DNA of 51,831 bases, the filler included, from Sphacelaria rigidula (Eukaryota): the NCBI GenBank assembly GCA_964200075.2. It is 4 parts of 4 records of this genome, joined end to end, with 100 filler letters (N's around TTAATTAATTAA, not from the genome) between each part and the next. Parts side by side here need not be neighbours in the genome. Positions count along the whole stretch, not along the records: positions 12,985 to 25,867 come from CAXNAA020003337.1; positions 25,968 to 38,850 come from CAXNAA020003338.1; 2 more parts are not named here. One strand, written 5' to 3'. The notes below the pieces were generated by a model, which was not told where the DNA came from, made no database searches, and was given only the letters and a program-made list of their open reading frames with translations. Made by a program: the position numbers and the translations under genes. The stretch's first letter is position 1, and every line of letters starts with the position of its first letter. Positions 25,701-37,414 of this stretch are shown in pieces.

Positions 25701-25793
25701 TCGATATAAGCGACCGTCATAAGTACTCCTGCATAGTGCCGGGGCGGTTGAGCAAGAAATTTTTGTCACTCGTTCCGCGGTTGTTGTTGAAAT

Positions 25794-25867
25794 GACACTT
25801 TCTACGATAGCCCCCCCCCCCAAAAGTGCATGGTTTTGGGAGGCAAAATATTCACGTAAATCGAAGT
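25794..25867. mobile_element. Second copy of the GACAC MITE in opposite orientation, cut by the gap
   Basis: GACACTTTCTACGATAG(C)nAAAAGTGCATGGTTTTGGGAGGCAAAAT matches the reverse complement of the right end of 22457-22706. Confidence 0.85.
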
Positions 25868-25967
25868 NNNNNNNNNNNNNNNNNNNNNNNNNNNNNNNNN
25901 NNNNNNNNNNNTTAATTAATTAANNNNNNNNNNNNNNNNNNNNNNNNNNNNNNNNNNNNNNNNNNNN
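25868..25967. other. Assembly gap with TTAATTAATTAA linker
   Basis: N44-TTAATTAATTAA-N44. Confidence 0.95.
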
Positions 25968-26039
25968 CAATTCTTTTCCGGTGATGAGATATTGCTCTGC
26001 CAGGTTAAATCCGTTTCTGGGCTGGCCCAGCTCGTACAA

Positions 26040-26470
26040 GTGTAGGCATGCACAATGTGTGAAATGGAAGATGATCAGCCGTGTTCATACAACGCGTATA
26101 TCTACAGATCGCAAGTCATACCGCAGTGCGACACAAGAGGGGGAGAGGTTGCAAAGGGGAATGTTATGGACGTGGTGTGGCGAAAAGGAGTATCCGACAT
26201 CGAGGAAGCGGCAGTTGTAAAATATAATTCACGTGAGATCAAAGGGTATGACTCATATACCCTTTGCGTGAGATTAACACACGTGCGGTGAAGTGCAGCA
26301 ACTACTATCGCCATCATCCAGCGATCAGGGTGGTACCCCCCCCCCCCATGAAATCGGGAACCCACCCCCACCCCCCCATCCTCCCCCCTCCCCCCTGCCC
26401 CAACCCCAGAATGAGGTTTTCGCGGCCTGGGCGGAGGTGGTGCAGTCATTTCCCGATATGGCCCCACGCA
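26040..26470 (+). repeat. Dispersed repeat homologous to about 10300-10600
   Basis: It shares colinear blocks with the 9822-10601 element and runs into a poly-G/C, N-containing low-quality tract. Confidence 0.6.
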
Positions 26471-29237
26471 GGGGGGGGGGGGGGGGGGGGGGAGAAAAAA
26501 AAAAAAACAAAAAAAAAAAAAAAGGGGGAGGGGTGGGGGGGGGGAAAAGACAGAAANNNNNNNNNCCCCCCCCCCCCCTGCCCCACCCCCAGAAAGGGTT
26601 TTTCGGGGCCGGGGGGGGGGGGGGGCAGTCTTTCCCCGATAGGGCCCCCCGGGGGGGGGGGGGGGGGGGGGTGGTAGAATGACACAAGACCAAGACATTG
26701 AATAATCGCGAGAGCCTGGTGGCGTTGAACACGCGTGAAATATTTTGATTGAAGAAGCGACTGCTACGACCACCATGATTGGAATATTTTGCCAGTTTCC
26801 ACAGTAGTACCCGATATAGACGATGTATTTCTGCGTGGTGTTTTGCACACATCATTCACAGAAAGTGAATCCTGGCCAAGTTAGAGGCAGCACGTTGGGG
26901 CGAGTGTCCAGTAGTCTTGGCATCAAGAAACCAACCAAGGAGTGGGAACGATCCATCAATGTTTTTTTTCTCGTAGGGAGTCGACAGCGCTATCAGTCGC
27001 TTTTGACTCTTACCGGTCGGATGAAGTTGACTGCACCCACCAATCGCGCTCAAAGATGTCCTGCTCGAGATGACCAATCTTTCGAAAAGTAACCCCTGGC
27101 CGCAACTTTCCTGCCTTGCTGAGACTAGTATTCTTGAAACATGTTATTATCTAGAACTTTCATCACTAGATAACTATTATTCCGAATCGACGATGCGCCC
27201 GTGTCGATCAGATAGCCACACTAGCTCATCAGTGACGATGAGGTGGAGCTTGGGAAAAGCGCAGACAACTGTCAATATTGTGGACGAGGGGAAAACTTAA
27301 CAAGGTGAAATGGATTGTCACAGCCACTGTGCCCCCCAAGCTGGGACGAGTCATGTTGAAATACAGTACTAAACTGCAGTGTACAGACAGTACTCTCGTG
27401 TGCAGTGGTAACGAGGGCAACGTAACATAGCCGATGAACAGGATATGAGGCAGGGCCAGCTGCAGAGGGCACGCAGTTTACACGAGACGTGCGCTCCAGA
27501 TGAAGGTTCACCGGTCCAAGTGGCGGAACTACTCGGAAGCTGTATTCAAGGCGGGATCGTGGATGCTAGTTTGTCGCTCCAAACGGTTTCCCGCGTTCGT
27601 TGGTATTGGTGTTGTTTCGTGTTTTGTGCTATTGTTATATTGGTGCGTACATTGCAGCCCTACGGTACGCCGATGGTGATGGCCACGCTGTACGATCAGC
27701 CCCCCTCCCAATGCGCACGGGGTAGCAACTGATGTATACTACTGTTCACATGACAGATGGGCATCTCAATTGCTGCACGTCTCAGTTGCTGCACGTCGCA
27801 AAATAAACGTCATGATTGTCTGCAATAATATATGGTGGCACATTTGGACTGAAATTTGAAAAATTGCACCCCGCCTTGATAGAGTCAAGTACAGTTTGAA
27901 AAACTGCAATATGGTCTCCACAAATTACGGTACAAAAAGCTGTGATCCATGGCATATTGGCACCGAGTTCATTGGGACGGGTCGTTACGAAATAATTAAA
28001 CTGATATCAGCTATATTTTCGTTGTTTTCCATGATTCTTGAACGGATTTTATCCCGGATTTCTGTGTTGGTGGACACACGTGCGCTACTCCAACCCGACG
28101 TACCTCAGAGAGGTCAGCAAGATTGAATTCTTGCGGAGTGGGGGGGGGTGTCCAGGCCCGGTCTGGGCTTTATTTCCCTCCGCCAGCTTGCTACAGCCCA
28201 GGACATTATATCGATGATATTTTCACAAGCACCATGTCATGAAGCAAGCATACGGTATACCTCCGAAAGGGGGCGGTGCTCTAGCACACGGGGTCGCACG
28301 CGCAAGAGAGATATATGTTCACCTTAGCTATCCGATGTCTTGTGTGTAGAGTGCTTGGTCGTCTTCGCTATCGCATCTCCAAATAATTTATATCGCGGCA
28401 CCGACGTTATCTTTACCGCGAGATGCGCCAACCCTGGGCAGGCGGTGGGTATCGCGTCGGTACTGTCTGTACGGAACCGATTAACACGAGCCATCCAGAA
28501 CAAGAGCACAACAGCTAACAAAAGGGAGCCAGCAGCATTGATGCCGATATCGTTCTTTTCATGGGGTTGTGGCGTCCGGACAGCAGGAAACATCGCACAA
28601 CGACAACGATAGCTTTGTCTTTTCTCATGCCCCGCATCCCAAGCCGTGCATGATGCAAAAGCAACCTAGGCGCAAATGGAGACTGCAACTCCAACCCCGG
28701 CCACCGCAACCATACTGCAGGCATGACGTTCATAACAAACGTTGGGCCCACCAACCCGTATACAGGAAGACGAAGTATCCCTAGTGAGGCCTTTGTTGTC
28801 CTGGATACCATCTCTCCGCAGCACGGTCCTGTACTGTGGCTGCGGGGACCAGAAGTCCGGTAAACACAAGTGTGACAAAGCCCATACTAAAATCAAGTTT
28901 GCGTTATGAAATGCGTTATGAAATGTCGAAGGACTGGTAAATGTTTTGGGTGTGGTGTCGGAACTGAGAGATCCGTCACCTCTCGTAACTGTTGCAAATT
29001 CCCTCCAACATGGTGCGGAGGGAAACGATTGACGGGAACATCGTACCGTTTCACAATCCAATTTTTTTCTCAGTACTGGAATCACATCGTTTGCTCCCAG
29101 GCCGCTTTTCGTGGTTGGAAAAAAAATCTCCCTGAAAAACGTTTGGGTTCTTCTCCAGACGGTGTTGCGGAAGTAATTCCTCATGAGGCGTTCCCTGGAA
29201 GGTTATCCGAGATCGGGAGATTTCCAAGAGGTCACTC

Positions 29238-29702
29238 ATTATCTTGCATGCCATAGTCATATGACCATTGACGTCGCATCCCTTCAATGCCGGGACGGAG
29301 CACACCGGGTTTCGCCGGACCAGGCTCGTGTCAATCTCCAAGCGCGAAGCCTGTGATGTGTTCGGCGTGTCGCATGAAGGGTGAACTGCATCCTGCCAAG
29401 CTTGTTCGGTCCGAAGACTACTGATTATCTTGCATTTGGATGACAGCCTGCAATTAGTTGCTTCCTTTTCTGGGTAACCACTTTCAAGGACACTGCCTCA
29501 TGGGTGTTTAACCATTTAAATACTGCGTAGTATGATCAACCCCTTTGCGCGAAGTTGAGGTTCTCCACTCCGAACAACATGATTTAGCTCGACCACAATC
29601 ATAGTTACCGGGGAAAAACCGCGGGCGAAAATAACCCCGATAACCTGGTTGCCTAGCGTGCCAAGTGAGTTACGTGTTTTACAGCGCCGTTGCCAACCGA
29701 TG
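29238..29702 (+). repeat. Multi-hairpin dispersed repeat family, copy C
   Basis: It is colinear with copy A through the shared end TTACAGCG.C.TT.CCAA.CGATG. The direct repeat ATTATCTTGCAT occurs at 29238 and 29424. Confidence 0.85.
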
Positions 29703-31224
29703 GGGGAAAAGGAAGGGGGGAGGGGGAGTTGCGCCAGTATCGGGGCAGGTGTAGTATTCGGTACGACGTGGTGCGCGTCAGTGCATTGCAATGACTAATT
29801 TGTTTCGGATGGTGCATCTCTGAGGACAGGAGTCTACAAGGAAACCATGGTACAGTACTGTTGTGAAATCACAGTAGAGCGCTGTGCAGTACGTCAGAAT
29901 GGGCACGGACCAAGTTTGTCTACAGTACAGCATTGTGCAGTTCTACGAGGTCGAGCAGGATACCACAAGAGTTTTGAAAGGTCGAGGCCAAGAATAGTCG
30001 CCGTTTTTCACATGACATCCGGCCGATTCGCTTCAAAATTTGCACAGGAGCTGCCCAGTACATGACGAAAAGGGATGGTCGTGGCGTTGCACACTATGCT
30101 TCCAAGCGACTCGAAAGCAATGGCTTTGAGGGAGTGGCATGCGGGTTGAAACAGGGGACTCAAAATAACGACCGGGGAGGATAATCGTCGACCGTGCTAC
30201 TCATATTCCCATACATGACTGTATTCATGAACGGCTATTCGCGGCTAAGCCTTTGGCAGATACAACCCACAAAACCTCCTTACCTGCGCTCTCCACCATG
30301 TTGTGCTACACTTTTATCCTGGGGAGAAAGATCTGTCGGAGCACCCTAATAGCCACCTAGCGGCCATCAATGTCTACACCCTGCCATCCTCCAAGAGATC
30401 TACTAGTCGACCGCGGGCGCTGAAGGGGTCCTGGATTTGTAAGAATTTACCGATTCTTGAGGTTGAGCCATCTGCGGCCATTTTACCCTCTTATCCCCTT
30501 ACATTTTCCCCAGCTGCTACCAACTTTGCGCCTAGATGCGGGTTGTACTGCTCTACAAAGCCGTCGACCGTTTCTCGGGGCCGGGCAGGCATACGCAAAC
30601 GTTCGAGCCCCACCTCAACGTAGTATATCCCTCCACCAACTGTAAAATGTAACAAGAGAATAGGTGTAACTTGAAAAGTCTTCAACCATTCCTTTGACGC
30701 CGAAATGGTTGAGGAGGCTTCACACCCGAAATTCATCTCGTTTCCGTCTGCCCCTTTTCACGAGGTTCAGAACCACGCACGTTATTCAGGCGAATTGAGC
30801 CGAAGTCCCGCGGTGCGAAATAAGCATCCCACGGCCTGATTGCAATCACTGTGCACACTCGCGGAGCGGAGTTCTCGCCTCTACGATCATTGTTGCCTTT
30901 TATTGTCCCGTATTTGCGCCTCGAGGTGCTGGTTCATCGGGAAGGGATGAATTCTTTTCGGACCATATGAGGCCCTCACAATTTCATTCGTTAAACAGTC
31001 GCCATTGTCGACTTGAGAGTCGAAAAATTTCCTCAGGAGCAGATTCCACACCCCACTTTGTGACGACCATGCACACTCATCACAACTACACACGGCGACC
31101 AACCGACAGTGCGCCACAGTCCCGATGAAGGCGGTCGCTGTGCCAGCCGCGGCGGATATCGTTTGCGTGGCGTTGTGCTTGTCGCTCTTTTTTTTTTCCT
31201 CGCTCAACTCGAGAATTTTCAAGC

Positions 31225-31492
31225 GTCGGACGAAGTAATGATTAGTCTGGAAATAAATCGATTTTAGTTTATTGATTCGCACGGGACAAATCAATCCTTA
31301 GGCTTCGTTTTCAGCGTTGCATGCCATGTTCGCGCGACCCAGGCACGTGAAATGGCGCAAAATTGTGTGGAGACCTTTTTTGATCAGCGGTCAGCTTTTC
31401 TTTCTTTTTCGATCAATCAGGTCTGAAAAATCGTGGATTCGGTTATTCGAACCAGCGATGAGTCGTCCGAACCGTGGAATTTTTGGCGCCAA
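31225..31492. repeat. Dispersed repeat, copy 2 (homolog of about 3830-4100)
   Basis: Colinear match to 3830-4100 in the same orientation. Confidence 0.75.
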
Positions 31493-31662
31493 GGAGCAGT
31501 CAAACGGTTCAGAAATAGCTGATTTCACCACTATTTTGATTTTAGATGACATGAATAAGTTAGCAAATATCAAGTTATTTATTCTCACTCTGTTGTGAAA
31601 AATATTTCGCGTCAGGCCAATGCGTGTGATGCTAGCTTCCAAACGCGGTACCGTTCTGATGT

Positions 31663-31700
<38 letters not shown>

Positions 31701-32684
31701 CCGCCGCTCCCAACGACCACGCGCGCCCCGCGCGGGGCNNNNNNNNNNCCGGTTCCCTTTTTGTTGCGCCCCCCCCCCCCCCCCCCCCCCCTTCAGTTTG
31801 GTGTGTACAGAACGAGACACAACAGAGGCTCTGCACCTCCGGTCGGGTGCCAGCGGGATTTAGCCTTGTTGCTTTGGTGTCGATTCTACACCGTCACTTC
31901 CTGGAGACGGAATGAGAACAAGCATGTCTGCGGACACCAGGAAAAGGGCCACTACTGTCGTCTCACCGGGCACGTTGAGTGACCAAGCAGGTGAGGGGGT
32001 GACGCCCCACCACTCATTAGAATGCGCGAGCTGCCTTCGACAGAGATACGATTTATTTCAAAGAATTTTCGGATCCTGCAATGTTTCACATTGTGGCCGT
32101 AGGAGAGAACCTGTCGTCGCCATATACTTTGTCTTTACTGCCATGCACTGCCTCACTTGAAGGGGGCTCATCCCCTATTTTACTCGCTAGGCTCCCAGGC
32201 GTCACCAACGACTGCACATGAACAACATGTGGTTATGGTATTTTCGAAATCTCAGGTCTTGTTGACATTTTTCGTTATAAGCTGGGTTTTTGGCAAGTGG
32301 CCATATGCAAGACCTATTGAAGCCTACAGGCTGGTTCACGCTCATCACCCCAAAGTGTGTCATCAGAAAATGTCTGGTTGTCGCGTGAAGGACATAATAC
32401 TGACTGCCATGGACGAGAAAAGAGCGTGACGTAGCTGCAATTTGTTTATCAGACGAAAAGAGTGACGCCAAGGGCAAGTGCGACCTCGACCAATCAGCTG
32501 CCTTAAACTGTTCTGAAATTCATTTAGGAATTCTGAACTCAGTTTTCACCCAATTTCCACGTGCTTCACATCGTGGTACACACAATCAGCTCGAGGATCT
32601 AACGGGGGGGAAAACGATTAGAAACTCTTACTATGGGGTCGAATTAAGCAAGCCGTAAACCGTTGTATTTCGGTCATATCTTGG

Positions 32685-32946
32685 TGTCGTAGGGTTTCCA
32701 CTGACGGTATGCATCAAAGACACGGAAATCCTCTATTCGAATGACCGTGTTGATCAGATGACCTTGCAGCAGCGACCGCCCCGTGCTGTTTGCTCAAACG
32801 GAGTACTGCCCTCTTGAAGTGAGAAGAAGGGTATGGAGATGTGTTCGAAGTCTTCATTGTTACCATCCACACGTGGGAAAATGGGTGAAGAGAAGTAAGG
32901 GAGATGGGTGAGGGAGTAGAACGTACACCACTACCCTGTCACGACA
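32685..32946 (-). mobile_element. Candidate LTR downstream of the Copia remnant
   Basis: The termini are TGTCGT...ACGACA, located about 350 bp 3' of the Copia RNase H on the minus strand. The PPT is weak. Confidence 0.35.
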
Positions 32947-33289
32947 CTCTACGATCCAAAATCTATTGCGGCGCAAGATCCGCAAGAGATACGCTCACAG
33001 TTTTCAAAATTTAGGAACTCGTAACGATTCATCTTTGTTCAACAGCGAGGAACGTTCTCAGTAGCTTTCCAAGAATGATCGAATACCCCGCAATTTCCCC
33101 GCCGATGCTTCTGGCTCCTGTTGGTAGATCAACTATATCAAACACCCTCCCTGGCTTTTTTGAATGACGTGCCTGAGCATGACCTTATTGCCATCGAATA
33201 AACTACATTAGATCGAACTCCGTACTATCATGCCTTATTTCAAAAGATGGGGCCCACCATAACAAAAAAATGAACGGTAAATTATGCAT

Positions 33290-33790
33290 ACTGCCCAAGA
33301 GAAAATCACGGTGCCTTTGAAATCTCTCTCTACCAATGGCCTTGGTCAGGACATCCGGATGCTGCTCTTCTGATTGAAGATACGTCACAGATATGTCACC
33401 ACTAGCAACCAACCCCCTGAGAAAATGGTACCGTACATCAATGTATTTGCTCTTAGGCAAGCTCAAGGGGTTTTCAGCGAAGGCTCTCGCCCTCTTGTTG
33501 TCCTCGAAAACACCAATGCTTTTCGGCCCCAAAATGGGCATTAGGGCCTTCAGAATCCCCCTCACAGGCAGGGCCTCTTTGACACCGTCTGTCATTGCTA
33601 CACCCTCTGCCTAAGTAGTAGATAGAGCAGCGCACCTCTGCGTCCTACAGAATTGAGACACCGGAAACTAATCGTCGGTCCTCCGCTTTATGGGCGTAGT
33701 CTGCGTCTTCGTACACATCGAAATCAAACCCCAACCGAATACATCCCAAGTCGCTTCTCTTTTTGAAAAGTACATGTAAAAGCCCGACAT
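33290..33790 (-). pseudogene. Ty1/Copia RNase H remnant
   Basis: Canonical Copia RNase H motifs are present with a frameshift and stop: VYEDADYAHKAEDRRLVSG, ALSTT*AE, VFEDN, KYIDVRYHFLR, QHPDVLTK. Confidence 0.9.
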
Positions 33791-34728
33791 AGTATTCAAA
33801 TACCCGAATTGTTTCTGTGCTGCTCTGTAATGAGCAGTTTGGATTCATGAGAGAACCACGCGATTGCCCGAACTGCGTTCTTCGGGCCTCGTTTGATTCA
33901 CTATCCACATCGAGCTCCCCACGATCTCACGGAAAGGTACATCCACCACGGTCTCCTCCTCGCTTGCATGCCCCGGCGAAAGTTCCGGCAGCCACAAGCC
34001 CATCAAACTCTACAGTAGTGGGCGGTCTGACTATTTAGGGGCGTTTCGGGGTTTTCCTCGCGTACTACTCTTCGATGGAACTCGAATTTGTTAGCTTCGG
34101 TAGATTTTGGTAAAACGGAACACATCATTTTCGAAACACAGTGCCCAAGTCAGTTTTACTTGGTGTTATGGGGCGACACGGGTAAATACCCCGTTGATCT
34201 GGAGGATGTCATTGACCGTAAAACACAGTTTTTCACCTCTAGCGCACTGAGTAGGCAGAATTTCGAAAAATGAAACTGTACATTCCTCTGCAAATATGAT
34301 CGGGACGGGCTAGATCGACCGAAAATACAAAAGAGTAGGAATCTGGGCTGAAACGTGGCAGGACCCCCGATGACCGGTCAGTCCGTAAGTTACTCAATAT
34401 TGAGTACAGATGACTTTTTCTTCTTGGAATGTGGAGCACAAACAAATATCTTCAGATTCCCGGTGTGATGAGGGGTGGCGAGCAAAAAGAGCCCAAGAAA
34501 ATCGCCAATCACGAAATGCCACAAAATGAATAGTTGGACCGCCCACTACTGTGTCTTCATCGCCTTCATCCACACATCCGAGTTCTGTGATGAGCATGCC
34601 GCAGAGTACGACAACGGCTCCGGCCCCGTTCCTTCACGAGACACTCAGGGAGCTCGCCTGGTTTACGAGTACCCTCTTGTACCGCCAGCAGCCCTTGAAT
34701 TATTTCCCCCCCTCCATCGGGCAATCTT

Positions 34729-35115
34729 TTAAAAAAAGGAGACAAGGCGGACCCAGGAAGCTATTGAGGAATAACGCTACTGAACACGGTAGGGAAAACG
34801 TTCTGTAAGATCCTGAATGATAAAGTAGGAACGATGCCAGAAAAGGAAGAGAAAATCAGCGAGGCACACGCAGGATTTAGACCAAACCGTAGTTGCGTAG
34901 ACCGTGTGTGCACACTGAGTAAGATTATTCAGGGTAGGAAAGACACCGGGCGGACAAAGGACACATACTGTTTCTTCCTAGACGTGCAAAAGGCTTATGA
35001 CACAGTATGGAGAAATGGGTTGTGGAAGAAGTTGTGGGAAGCTGGGATCAGAGGAAAGATGTGGAGAATGGTGAAGAAGATGACAAAATGTGCGAAGAGT
35101 GCCATGATTCTAGAC
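34729..35115 (+). pseudogene. LINE reverse transcriptase N-terminal fragment
   Basis: KKGDKADPGSY*GITLLNTVGKTFCKIL...AGFRPNRSCVD...CFFLDVQKAYDTVWRNGLWKKL. Confidence 0.9.
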
Positions 35116-35514
35116 CCGCGAAATATCGACATACTTCACACCCTGGACAATACAATATGTAATATATACAAGGATCAGACGGGGCCGCCGGTCCTCCACG
35201 ATAGGCGTGGAAAAGAATAAAATATGAAAGGGAGAGGGTGAAGGTAATGACTCCTACCAAGAGATTAAGCCGAGGATATGATATGTGTACATTGGTAATG
35301 AAACTCATTTATATTAGAGGAGTGGGAGAAGGAAGATACGGCATGGGTGTGATACTATTGGGATTGAAAAACGCGAGACACAGAATTGAGTAGAACGAAT
35401 GAAAAGTGTGAAGAATGCGGAACACCCGAATGTGCCACCGACATTTCGTTCTGATGAAAAAAAGAGTAACCCGGAGTGAAAAGTAGATTAGTCATTGAAG
35501 AGTACGAGTAGGAG

Positions 35515-35820
35515 ATTGTACAGAAGTTGATAATTTGCTTACGAAGGAGCAAAATCTTCATGTACAACATTCAGTTATAATCTGATCCAACATATACGAC
35601 ATTTTACGAAAAAAGCTATACTTTTCAGGACAGTAAAAAGTACACGACGACAAATACCGAGGCTACGATTTTACAGAAATTGATCATTTGCTTACGAAAG
35701 AGCAGAATCTCCATGTACAACAGTCGGTTGGAATCCGATCCAACATATACGACATTTGACGAAAAAAGCTGTACTTTTCAGGACAGGAAAAAGTACACGG
35801 CTACATATACGGAGGCTACG
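35515..35820. repeat. Tandem duplication, 2 units of about 153 bp
   Basis: ATT.TACAGAA.TTGAT.ATTTGCTTACGAA...GATCCAACATATACGACATTT...GAGGCTACG starts at 35515 and 35668. Confidence 0.9.
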
Positions 35821-36021
35821 ACGGACCACATGGGCTGAAACCCACTGCGAGAAAAAAGTCTGATGGGAAAACGTTTTTCCTGAAAAAACTACTCGCAAAT
35901 AATCGCAGAAAGTAAAGACAGAAACGTAAAAGCACACGACAATACCCTCGCGAAACAACCGGTGTCACACTCCCACTATGTATGTAACTCATGAAAAAAC
36001 AACGCGAACCTTTACAATCGC

Positions 36022-36245
36022 TCCGGTCTACACCTTTCGGTATATACACACACATATATATATATATATATATATGCGCGCACCAGCCGGGGTCACACAG
36101 GAGCTTGTTCTTTTTTTTTGTTTTCACTACATCGCTTGCCTTTATTTCTTATCGTGAGAAGGGTTCAGCAGTCCCTTTCCCTCGTAGTCGATTTTCGCGT
36201 ACCCACGACATGTTCGCTCTCCACTGTTGGGCATGGTGTGAGGGG
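36022..36245 (-). mobile_element. SINE family 1, headless copy (a further fragment at about 36525-36590)
   Basis: CCTTTCGGTATAT..CAGCCGGGGTCA..GGGTTCAGCAG.CCCTTT.CCTCGT..GTACCCACGACA..TCGCTCTCCACT matches 12070-12290. Confidence 0.75.
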
Positions 36246-37088
36246 AAGACGTTTATCGTGAAAAAAACTTCGTGCCAACAAATACACAAAGTCAAGACGT
36301 GAATCGGCACCATTTTCTCCGGTGTTTGCCTGTATTTTTTATCGCTTACTGTGCAACCGAAATACCCGGGGACCGGACATTGAAATGTACGCAGGGGAAG
36401 TTTCGTGAATCGGCATCATTTTCACTCTTTTTCAACATAAAATGATCCCGATTCTCAAAGTGGCCCGTCCAACACCCCGAGAAACATTTTCGCCAAAAGA
36501 GTGAACTTCTACCATAGCATGGCTCCGATCTACACCTTTTCGGTATGTATATGTGGGCGCACCAGCCGGGGTCACACTGGAGTTTTTTCTTCGTTGTTTT
36601 TAGTACGCCACCTTGACCTTGCTTACGATGGCAACAATGAAGTTTGAAAGCAAGACACTGCAGAAGGTCGTGCGAGTTGACCGGAACAGACAGCGGATAC
36701 TGCCGTCTATTACGCGCAAACTTTCAAACACTGACACGTTAGGTCGTTCACACAAATGGGATGTCTCCTGTATATTCGTGTATGCATGTTCCCGATTTTC
36801 AGAATCAAATTTCCATATTTCAGAATTCAAGTAAGAGATCCACGATCAGGGTTCCGCGTATTGCCTATCACGCGCAAACTTTCAGGCACTGAGAGGTTGG
36901 GTCGAAGGTCGGATCTTGCCCTCGTCGATGGTGACCGGTGATGGGAAAACATTACCCTGTCTCATCAAGCTTTCGAAAATAAAAAATGTCGCAGGGTGAA
37001 GTAGAGCTGAAGGGTATTGTGAAGTGATTTTGAGAGTACGTCTAATTGACCCACTTGCATGGGAGCGTTCACACGCAATCTTAGTTAG

Positions 37089-37343
37089 ACATATATATTG
37101 CCCGCACAATATGTCGATGCGTCGGGTGGTCAATATATATTGGGCGAGCAATATGCTGTCACGAGAGAGGGTCGATATATATTGTGCCATCAATATGTCA
37201 AGGCCCGCGACATGCAATATATATATTGACCGAACAATATATCACGACACGCACCACCTCGATATATATTGGCCGAGTAATACGCTCCTTGCATTCTGTG
37301 ACCACGGGTTCCAGAGATCGAGCTAATGTGATGGATATAATAC

Positions 37344-37414
<71 letters not shown>

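Larger units (their letters stand above)
19155..25793 (-). mobile_element. Degenerate Ty3/Gypsy LTR retrotransposon pol region (PR-RT-RNH-IN-chromodomain-like)
   Basis: Motifs occur in Gypsy order: protease LLDSGS (about 24700), RT with LPIPRIDE, FDLASGF, MPQG and YLDD (about 23170), RNase H with TDAS, LELE and YTDH, integrase HHCC (CHTDLSCHLG...CFKC) with a D-D-E core (FDYF, LCDNG, GTEKVN), then YKTHWQG..ASWERESDL. There are many stops and frameshifts. Confidence 0.95.

Noticed and set aside
26335..26672. Poly-Pro/poly-Gly ORFs in G/C homopolymer tracts (also 31665-31791 and 51757-51794)
   Set aside because: These are homopolymer runs, at the first two sites next to N gaps. They are likely sequencing or assembly artefacts.
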